64,000 nt of DNA from the human T2T-CHM13v2.0 reference genome, Homo sapiens. The DNA is taken from assembly GCF_009914755.1 (NCBI RefSeq), contig NC_060939.1, one strand, 5' to 3'. Positions within the stretch are counted from its first letter, which is position 1; every line of letters starts with the position of its first letter. Shown one piece after another: positions 9,207 through 18,504 of this stretch. The notes below the pieces were generated by a model. The model ran no database searches and had not been told where the DNA came from. It saw only the letters and a list, made by a program, of their open reading frames with translations. The translations under genes were made by a program, and so were the position numbers.

Positions 9207-12188
9207 ATGTCTGCACCTAAGAACAGTAGGGTCTTGTCTGGCTCTTCTTATGAACGGTCCCCCAGCCCGGACTCCCCAAGGTCCATGCGAACCTCACCCA
9301 GCTTCCCCCTCTCCCCTCTCAGAAACTCAGGCTTAAGGGGAAGCTACTCACCAGGGATCCGGAGCTACCATTCACCATCCCCTAGGGCTTCACCACACTC
9401 ACCTCTGTCATCACCAGAATCCCACAAGCTCCCATTTCCCTGTCCTCACCGTGATGGGCAATCAACGAAGCCATTGGGCTCTCCCGTGTCCTCCTCTGAG
9501 GATTCCTCAGAGTCCCCACGTTCATCAATAATATACCACATGTTCTTACTGCCATCACCCAGCAGCTCACCCCCAGCTCTCGGGGGGTCTCCTGTGTCTC
9601 CCAGCTACTCTCCAAACAACCCCAGATTTCAGCTGCGGTCAGCCCCCCACACCCAGGAATCACCTACAAACTCACGAGCCTCACTTTGCTCCACCCCCGT
9701 GTCTTTCATCTCTTCACCCCCAGGCCTCAGGGACTCTCCTGTGGCCCCCAGTTACTCTCCAGCCATCCCCAGGTTCCTGCGGGAGTCAGCGCCATGTGCC
9801 CAGTAGTCCCCCAGAGACTCACAGGTCTCGGGAGATTATGAGCGGACCCCCAGCCCTGACTCCCCAAGATTCATGCCTGCCTCACCCAGCTTCTCCCTCT
9901 CCCCTCCCAGAAACTCAGACCCAAGGGGCAGCTCCTCACCAGGGGTGTGGAAGTGCTCTACATCATCCCGCAGGGCTTCACCACTCTCACATCCGTCATC
10001 AACAGAATTCCACAACTTTACGTTTCCCTTTCCTTACCAAGCAGGACAGTCACTCATGTCATTGTGTTCTCCCGTGACCTCCTCTGGAGACTCTTCACAG
10101 TCACCTCATTCATCAATAATATACCATATGTTCTTACTGCCATCATCCAGCAGCTCACCCCCAGCCACCCATGACTCTCCTGTCTGTCCCAGATACTCTC
10201 CAACTACGCCCAGATTTCAGCGGGAGTCTGTACCCCACACCCCAGAAACACCTACAAACTCACAGACCTCAGTGAGATCCTCGCCAGTCTCTCTGACGTC
10301 TTCACCCACAGCCTTTACGGACCCTCCAGTCTGTCCCAGCTACTCTCCAACCACGCCCACATTTCAGCGCGGGTCAGTTCCAGGAACCCAGGGATCACCA
10401 CCAAGCCCACCGCTTTCACTGAGTTACTCCCCAGTCTCTAGCACGTCTTTATCTCCAACCCTCAGGGACTCGCCTGTCTGTCCCAGCTACTCTCCAAACA
10501 CGCCCACACTTCAGCGGGAGTCCGTTGCAGGCACCCAGAAGTCACCACCAAACTCACCAATTTCACTGCGTTACTCCCCAGTCTCTCTCATGTCTTCACC
10601 ATCCCTCAGGGACTCTCCCGTCTGTCCCAGCTACTCTCCAACCACGCCCACATTTCAGCTGGAGTCAGTTCCAGGCACCCCGGAATCACCACCAAACTCA
10701 CCAATTTCACTCAGTTACTCCTCAGTCTCTGGCACGTCTTTATCTCCAACCCTCAGGGACTCTCCTGTGTGTCCCAGCTACTCTCCAACCACGCCCACAC
10801 TTCAGCGGGAGTCAGTTCCAGGCACCCAGGAATCACCACCAAACTCACCAATTTCACTCAATTACTCTCCAGTCTCTCTCGTGTCTTCACCAGCCCTCAG
10901 GGACTCTCCTGTCTGTCCCAGTTACTCTCCAACCACGCCCACATTTCAGCTGGAGTCAGTTCCAGGCACCCCGGAGTCACCACCAAACTCACCAGTTTCA
11001 CTCAGTTACTCCCCGGTCTCTCTCATGTCTTCACCCCCAGCCCTCAGGGACTCTCCTGTGTGTCCCAGCTACTCTCCAACCATGCCCAGATTTCAGCGGG
11101 AGTCTGTTCCAGGCACCCATGTATCACCACCAAACTCAGCAGTTTCACTGAGTTACTCCCCAGTCTCTCTCATGTCTTCACCCCCACACCCCTGGGACTC
11201 TCCTGTCTGTCCCAGCTACTCTCCCACCACGCCCAGATTTCAGCGGGAGTCAGCCTCCCACACTCCGGAATCAGATACAGACTCACAGACTTCACTGAGC
11301 TCCTCCCTGGTCTCTCTCAGGTCTTTGCCCTCATCCCACAGGGACTCTTGTGTCTCTTTCAGCTACTCTCAAAACTTCTCTAGATTCCAGCTGGAGTCAG
11401 TTCCAGGCACCCACGATACACCACCGAACTCACGAATTTCACTGACTTACTCCCCTGTCTCCCTCATGTTCTCACCCCCAGCCCTCAGGGACTCTTCTGT
11501 CTCTCTCAGCTACTCTCCAACCATCTCCAGATTTCACCTGGAGTCAGCTTCCCACACCCTGGAATCACCTGCAAACTCACGGACCTTACTGCAACCATCC
11601 CCCATTTCTTTCACCTCTTCACCCCCTGCCTTCAGGGACTCTCCTGGGTCTCCCAGCTTCTCTCCAGCCTTCCCCAGATTTCTGCCACAGCCAGCCCCAG
11701 GCACCCAGGACAACCCTAGACACTCACAGGCCTCACCAGACTATCTCCCTATGACCTTTACCTATACAGGGATGGCTCCCACGCATCCCTCAGTGACCCC
11801 AAACCCATCTCCACTTACACTCAGGCACTCCCAGGGCCTGACAGCTACTCCCCGTTATTGTCCTTCAGTTCGAAGCCCTGGCCAATCTACTAGCCCACAT
11901 GACGCAGTTACCTGGCCATTTCTCCACGGTTCCCGGGAGGGCCCCACACCCAGCCGCACAAGAGCCCCTCCTGCATTCCGTCCTCACACGCAGGCCTGTC
12001 CATCTACTTGCTACTGTCACACTCTTGCCAGCAGAAGAGGCCCCTGTAATGGCCGATATCACCACCCAGTCTATCCTCACCCCACAGCTGTGCAGCGGGA
12101 AGCCCCTGCTGGCCCACGTGGCTGCCACAGCCCATGCTGGCACGACGCTCCAGCAGGTCGGCGTCCCTGCGGGCCAAACTACCGGTGA
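9207..12188 (+). pseudogene. CTD-like Ser/Pro-rich repeat ORF, copy 1, disrupted by a nonsense codon
   Basis: Same length and frame as copy 2, but GAG>TAG at 9804-9806. The downstream in-frame ORF 9873..12188 (771 aa) stays open. Confidence 0.7.
10173..11745 (+). repeat. 144/147/150-bp satellite (ACRO1-like), ~11 monomers, inside ORF copy 1
   Basis: Recurring ctcagggactctcctgtctgtcccagctactctccaaccacgcccacatttcagctggagtcagttccaggcacc. Equivalent blocks at ~16489-18061, 22794-26094, 30794-33227, 37915-39913, 44625-46623, 51335-53914 and 58618-61342. Confidence 0.9.
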
Positions 12189-12397
12189 CATGTCTAGCGT
12201 GACCCTCCTTCCTGGCAGTGACACTGTTGATGTGAACCCCAATTTCACATCTGTCATTTGTAAATAGGACCATTTTCCCTTTTCGCTCTCCCTTCCATTC
12301 ACAGGGCTTTTCATTTTCTCTGTTACTGCCTCCGTTTCAGATATTTACTCACCTTTTTCTCTCTCACTATGTCTGCCGTGGGCTCCATGAGAGTGCG

Positions 12398-12735
12398 CCA
12401 CATAAGATTCCCCCATTAAAAGTCATGAATTGAGTGGCTTTTAGTATACCTGTGGTTGTGTACATTCAAATTTAATTCGCAATTCATTGTAGAACGTCTT
12501 ATCACTCCCGGCCAGAGAAAAACCCTGTAGACATTAGTCACTCCTCATTCTGTCTCAAACCCTCTCCCTGACCCTCAGCCCTAGGTAGCAACTACCTAGT
12601 GCGATCAATCCCATATGCATAGATTACCATATTGTGGACATTTCCTATAAGCGGAATTGCACAATAGGTGAGCTGTTATGACTGACATAACACGTAGCAC
12701 AATATTTTCAAGATTCGTCCACATTGTAGGCTTAC
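12398..12735 (-). mobile_element. L1MB-type 3' end fragment (each unit; truncated to 6210-6440 in unit 1)
   Basis: cataagattcccccattaaaag..aattgagtggcttttagtata..atcactccc..aaaccctgta..cattagtcactcctcattc..cagccctagg..ggacatttc.tataa..ggaat..tttcaagattc.tccac. Confidence 0.75.
12415..12420 (+). terminator. Candidate poly(A) signal ATTAAA ~230 nt after the ORF stop (all units)
   Basis: ccccATTAAAagtcatg followed by GT-rich cctgtggttgtg; lies at the edge of an antisense L1 fragment. Confidence 0.4.
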
Positions 12736-15110
12736 CCACAGGGGGAAACCATTTTTTTGGGGGCTTTTAGTAACACCGGTGTTTTCTCCTTCCTTACGTC
12801 CTTCTTTCCTTCCTTCCTTCCTTCCTTCCTTTCTTCCTTCCTTCCTTCCTGACTTCCTTCTTTCCTTCCCTCCTTCCTCCTATTTCTCTCTTACTCCTTC
12901 TGCCCTCTCTCTTTCCTATGCCTTAGGTGCATCCCACATTCTGCGTTTTTTTGGGGAAATCCTCGACAGGTGCAGGAAAATTGTGTTATTGTAACAATTT
13001 ACCGTTATCTCTCTTTCACGGCTCTCCATCAGTTGTGAACATCTATTGGTTTATCCCAAGTCACTAAGCATATTTTCATTAGGTAAACCTGCTTTTCCTT
13101 ATACAGCTGTTTCTGGAGTATAGGGTCGCATACTCATAAACCCAGTGTAACTCAGAAACGCATCTAATATTCCAGTAAACCCATCATAACGTTGAAAAAT
13201 CGTAAATCAAACCATCATAAGTCACGGTTTGTCCGTGGATATGGGCGTCATCAATTCCATTGTATTCAGTAATGCTGTACACCATTAACAATGGCAGACT
13301 GATTGGGAGTGGATATTGATAGCATTATAAAAGTCAGTTATTAGAGGGATACTTCTTTAACCTGACTGAAGAACTGATCTAATGGCTTTAGTACAGTGCA
13401 TGATTATGTGCGATGTTTTGAGACAGAGTAGTACATTTGTGAATGAAATTTTATGGCTTTTTTTTCACTTAGTAGGAACCATTGTGTGTGGAAAAGTGAG
13501 AAAATGGCTTTCTGCTGTAGGGTCTGGCATTCATTGTAGATGTAAGCTTATTTTTCTGTGAGCAAATCTTATTCAATAAAATACTACTCTTTATACTAAA
13601 AAACAAAAACAGTGGCGATGTGTGGTCATTATCCTCAGCAAACTTATCCAGGGAAAGAAAACCAAACGCCACAACTCACTTATAATGGGAGCTGAAAAAT
13701 GAGATCCCATGGACACAGGAAGGGGAACAACACACACTGGGGCCTTCCGGGAGACAGAGCGTTAAGAAAAACAGCTACTGCATGCTGGGCCTAATACCTA
13801 GGTGATGGGTTGACAGGTGCAGCAAACCACCATGGCACACGTTTACCTTAGTAACAAATCTGCACATCCTGCACATATACCCCAGAACTTAGGAACGAAA
13901 TGAAACAAAAGACAACGAAAAAGCAACAGCAAAACGCTAAAGGCAAAATAAAGTTTCAAACTGAGAAAGTGACAGACCAACATCTGGTTCAAATCATGGT
14001 TCTCAACCCAGGTGCCATAAGGTCAGGATAAAGGATGTGATTACATATTGTCAATAAGACATGCAGCAAATGACCAGAATGATTATTCTCAACATATGTG
14101 TGTCTTCTAATTCAATGGTGACGCTATCTACCGGGACATAGCATTAGATTCCAAAGGGCCGAGTCCCGCCAGACAGGCCTCCCACACTAATAACAATGGG
14201 AAGCCCTACGTTGCTTTACCTGTGCTTCTCAGCCACTGGCTATAAATCAGGTTGCCACCACTCCCAGATTTAGTTGCATTCATTTGCTGGAAGAGCTCAC
14301 AGCACGCAGGGAAACACTTACATTTGCCGTTGTATTTTAGCGGACATTGCACAAAGTTCAGAAATAAATGTGGGGCCCGGCATGTGGGGAGGGGCGCACT
14401 ACCTTCCAGGAAGTGTTATCCAGAAGCTCTCTGAACCCAGTCCTTTTGGGTTTTGATGGAGACCTCATTCTATAGGCATGATGGGTTAAACCATAAGCTA
14501 TTGGTGATCAACTCCACATGGGGCTCTCCACCCTCCCTGGAAATTGGGGTTGAGGCTTTGCCATTCTCAGTCTGACTAAAAGAATTTACCCAAACGGAAT
14601 TTTAAAACAGATGAGCATAACTGGAATCTTAATTAGATGATTGGATTATCTGGAGCCACACCTTGATATTCCTAACCCAAGCACCCTCATCCAACGAATG
14701 CTCCACCCAACTGGCTCCCAAGTCTCTACGTGGTTCCAGAGCAAAAGGATGTTGATACAACGCATATCTCCACCTTTTCTTCCAAGTCTTTTCGCTTACA
14801 CGGAAAGACTTCTTCAACTGCCATGCATCAGGGTCATGGGGAGGTCTTGTTACAACACAGATCTGCGGATCTCCGGCGTTTGACAGTGGCAAGGATGCTG
14901 CTGGTGTCAAAACCACAACGTGGGAACCACAGAACCACTAGTGGGTTTTCAGTGTTTCAGTGCATACAATTCCTAATATTTCTGGCCAAGAAAACTTGTA
15001 AGTTCTTAGATTGTCCCAAAGGTGGCGCATGAAATCAAAGCAGGAGAACAGTTTCCTACGAGGTGTAGCCTGGGAAAGTTGGGGTTGACTGATGGAAAGG
15101 AGGAGTGAAG

Positions 15111-15181
15111 CTCCGCCCTTTCCGCTGCTAGGCTGCGCCCGAGGCTATTTAAACCCACCCTGGCTGGCCTGTACTCAGATC
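15111..15181 (+). promoter_or_regulatory. Putative core promoter, copy 2
   Basis: GC box, TATTTAAA at 15146, Inr TCAGATC. Confidence 0.7.
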
Positions 15182-15302
15182 TTCGCGGAGCGGATCAGCG
15201 GCAGGAGCGTTTGGCGGACTCTGTGTGGACTTGGAGCTCACAGCGTCTTGCGACTTGGAAGCGGGTTCAGAGGACAGGACAGAACACTTGGGCAAGTGAA
15301 TC

Positions 15303-15337
<35 letters not shown>

Positions 15338-15522
15338 CATTGGTTGGTTGATTTCCATTTTCTTAAGGGGCACATACCTCACACCGCACACACACAAACA
15401 CACACACGCACACACACACGCACACGCACACGCACACACACGCACACACGCACACGCACACTCCTTCCTTCTGCGAGTTAGAACATTAGTAGGGGCCCCT
15501 GGGAGCTGCAGGTTTCCTAATC

Positions 15523-18504
15523 ATGTCTGCACCTAAGAACAGTAGGGTCTTGTCTGGCTCTTCTTATGAACGGTCCCCCAGCCCGGACTCCCCAAGGTCC
15601 ATGCGAACCTCACCCAGCTTCCCCCTCTCCCCTCTCAGAAACTCAGGCTTAAGGGGAAGCTCCTCACCAGGGATCCGGAGCTACCATTCACCATCCCCTA
15701 GGGCTTCACCACACTCACCTCTGTCATCACCAGAATCCCACAAGCTCCCATTTCCCTGTCCTCACCGTGATGGGCAATCAACGAAGCCATTGGGCTCTCC
15801 CGTGTCCTCCTCTGAGGATTCCTCAGAGTCCCCACGTTCATCAATAATATACCACATGTTCTTACTGCCATCACCCAGCAGCTCACCCCCAGCTCTCGGG
15901 GGGTCTCCTGTGTCTCCCAGCTACTCTCCAAACAACCCCAGATTTCAGCTGCGGTCAGCCCCCCACACCCAGGAATCACCTACAAACTCACGAGCCTCAC
16001 TTTGCTCCACCCCCGTGTCTTTCATCTCTTCACCCCCAGGCCTCAGGGACTCTCCTGTGGCCCCCAGTTACTCTCCAGCCATCCCCAGGTTCCTGCGGGA
16101 GTCAGCCCCATGCGCCCAGGAGTCCCCCAGAGACTCACAGGTCTCGGGAGATTATGAGCGGTCCCCCAGCCCTGACTCCTCAAGATTCATGCCTTCCTCA
16201 CCCAGCTTCTCCCTCTACCCTCCCAGAAACTCAGACCCAAGGGGCAGCTCCTCACCAGGGATGTGGAAGTCCTCTACATCATCCCGCAGGGCTTCACCAC
16301 TCTCACATCCGTCATCAACAGAACTCCACAACTTTACGTTTCCCATTCCTAACCAAGCAGGACAGTCACTCATGTCATTGTGTTCTCCCGTGACCTCCTC
16401 TGGAGATTCTTCACAGTCACCTCATTCATCAATAATATACCATATGTTCTTACTGCCATCATCCAGCAGCTCACCCCCAGCCACCCATGACTCTCCTGTC
16501 TGTCCCAGCTACTCTCCAACTACGCCCAGATTTCAGCGGGAGTCTGTACCCCACACCCCAGAAACACCTACAAACTCACAGACCTCAGTGAGATCCTCGC
16601 CAGTCTCTCTCACGTCTTCACCCCCAGCCCTTACGGACCCTCCAGTCTGTCCCAGCTACTCTCCAACCACGCCCACATTTCAGCGCGGGTCAGTTCCAGG
16701 AACCCAGGGATCACCACCAAGCCCACCGCTTTCACTGAGTTACTCCCCAGTCTCTAGCACGTCTTTATCTCCAACCCTCATGGACTCGCCTGTCTGTCCC
16801 AGCTACTCTCCAAACACGCCCACACTTCAGCGGGAGTCCGTTGCAGGCACCCAGAAGTCACCACCAAACTCACCAATTTCACCGCGTTACTCCCCAGTCT
16901 CTCTCATGTCTTCACCATCCCTCAGGGACTCTCCCGTCTGTCCCAGCTACTCTCCAACCACGCCCACATTTCAGCTGGAGTCAGTTCCAGGCACCCCGGA
17001 ATCACCACCAAACTCACCAATTTCACTCAGTTACTCCTCAGTCTCTAGCACGTCTTTATCGCCAACCCTCAGGGACTCTCCTGTGTGTCCCAGCTACTCT
17101 CCAACCAAGCCCACACTTCAGCGGGCGTCAGTTCCAGGCACCCAGGAATCACCACCAAACTCACCAATTTCACTCAATTACTCTCCAGTCTCTCTCGTGT
17201 CTTCACCAGCCCTCAGGGACTCTCCTGTCTGTCCCAGTTACTCTCCAACCACGCCCACATTTCAGCTGGAGTCAGTTCCAGGCACCCCGGAGTCACCACC
17301 AAACTCACCAGTTTCACTCAGTTACTCCCCGGTCTCTCTCACGTCTTCACCCCCAGCCCTCAGGGACTCTCCTGTGTGTCCCAGCTACTCTCCAACCATG
17401 CCCAGATTTCAGCGGGAGTCTGTTCCAGGCACCCATGTATCACCACCAAACTCAGCAGTTTCACTGAGTTACTCCCCAGTCTCTCTCATGTCTTCACCCC
17501 CACACCCCTGGGACTCTCCTGTCTGTCCCAGCTACTCTCCCACCACGCCCAGATTTCAGCGGGAGTCAGCCTCCCACACTCCGGAATCAGATACAGACTC
17601 ACAGACTTCACTGAGCTCCTCCCTGGTCTCTCTCAGGTCTTTGCCCTCATCCCACAGGGACTCTTGTGTCTCTTTCAGCTACTCTCAAAACTTCTCTAGA
17701 TTCCAGCTGGAGTCAGTTCCAGGCACCCACGATACACCACCGAACTCACGAATTTCACTGACTTACTCCCCTGTCTCCCTCATGTTCTCACCCCCAGCCC
17801 TCAGGGACTCTTCTGTCTCTCTCAGCTACTCTCCAACCATCTCCAGATTTCACCTGGAGTCAGCTTCCCACACCCTGGAATCACCTGCAAACTCACGGAC
17901 CTTACTGCAACCATCCCCCATTTCTTTCACCTCTTCATCCCCTGCCTTCAGGGACTCTCCTGGGTCTCCCAGCTTCTCTCCAGCCTTCCCCAGATTTCTG
18001 CCACAGCCAGCCCCAGGCACCCAGCACAACCCTAGACACTCACAGGCCTCACCAGACTATCTCCCTATGACCTGTACCTATACAGGGATGGCTCCCACGC
18101 ATCCCTCAGTGACCCCAAACCCATCTCCACTTACACTCAGGCACTCCCAGGGCCTGACAGCTACTCCCCGTTATTGTCCTTCAGTTCGAAGCCCTGGCCA
18201 ATCTACTAGCCCACATGACGCAGTTACCTGGCCATTTCTCCACGGTTCCCGGGAGGGCCCCACACCCAGCCGCACAAGAGCCCCTCCTGCATTCCATCCT
18301 CACACGCAGGCCTGTCCATCTACTTGCTACTGTCACACTCTTGCCAGCAGAAGAGGCCCCTGTAATGGCCGATATCACCACCCAGTCTATCCTCACCCCA
18401 CAGCTGTGCAGCGGGAAGCCCCTGCTGGCCCACGTGGCTGCCACAGCCCATGCTGGCACGACGCTCCAGCAGGTCGGCGTCCCTGCGGGCCAAACTACCG
18501 GTGA
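15523..18504 (+). CDS. Putative Pol II CTD-like Ser/Pro-rich repeat protein, copy 2 (993 aa, intact)
   Basis: Uninterrupted ATG-to-TGA ORF; atcATG has A at -3; YSPTTP/YSPVS heptads; Cys/His/Arg-rich C-terminus. Translation unproven. Confidence 0.55.
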   Translation: MSAPKNSRVLSGSSYERSPSPDSPRSMRTSPSFPLSPLRNSGLRGSSSPGIRSYHSPSPRASPHSPLSSPESHKLPFPCPHRDGQSTKPLGSPVSSSEDSSESPRSSIIYHMFLLPSPSSSPPALGGSPVSPSYSPNNPRFQLRSAPHTQESPTNSRASLCSTPVSFISSPPGLRDSPVAPSYSPAIPRFLRESAPCAQESPRDSQVSGDYERSPSPDSSRFMPSSPSFSLYPPRNSDPRGSSSPGMWKSSTSSRRASPLSHPSSTELHNFTFPIPNQAGQSLMSLCSPVTSSGDSSQSPHSSIIYHMFLLPSSSSSPPATHDSPVCPSYSPTTPRFQRESVPHTPETPTNSQTSVRSSPVSLTSSPPALTDPPVCPSYSPTTPTFQRGSVPGTQGSPPSPPLSLSYSPVSSTSLSPTLMDSPVCPSYSPNTPTLQRESVAGTQKSPPNSPISPRYSPVSLMSSPSLRDSPVCPSYSPTTPTFQLESVPGTPESPPNSPISLSYSSVSSTSLSPTLRDSPVCPSYSPTKPTLQRASVPGTQESPPNSPISLNYSPVSLVSSPALRDSPVCPSYSPTTPTFQLESVPGTPESPPNSPVSLSYSPVSLTSSPPALRDSPVCPSYSPTMPRFQRESVPGTHVSPPNSAVSLSYSPVSLMSSPPHPWDSPVCPSYSPTTPRFQRESASHTPESDTDSQTSLSSSLVSLRSLPSSHRDSCVSFSYSQNFSRFQLESVPGTHDTPPNSRISLTYSPVSLMFSPPALRDSSVSLSYSPTISRFHLESASHTLESPANSRTLLQPSPISFTSSSPAFRDSPGSPSFSPAFPRFLPQPAPGTQHNPRHSQASPDYLPMTCTYTGMAPTHPSVTPNPSPLTLRHSQGLTATPRYCPSVRSPGQSTSPHDAVTWPFLHGSREGPTPSRTRAPPAFHPHTQACPSTCYCHTLASRRGPCNGRYHHPVYPHPTAVQREAPAGPRGCHSPCWHDAPAGRRPCGPNYR

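Noticed and set aside
7944-9220. Short spacer and promoter ORFs (MERRSEAPP.., MDYLEPHL.., HTHAHT..)
   Set aside because: They overlap the LTR, promoter or microsatellites, vary in length with slippage, and several use non-ATG starts.
10173-11745. CRISPR array or other prokaryotic system
   Set aside because: Monomers are contiguous with no unique spacers, and the context is primate (Alu, L1).
11865-12314. Antisense 149-aa and overlapping 122-aa ORFs recurring in all units
   Set aside because: Recurrence is explained by recent unit duplication; no recognisable domain or promoter.
15523-18504. Calling the ORF POLR2A/RPB1 or a processed POLR2A pseudogene
   Set aside because: There are no polymerase catalytic domains and no runs of perfect YSPTSPS; only degenerate heptad similarity.
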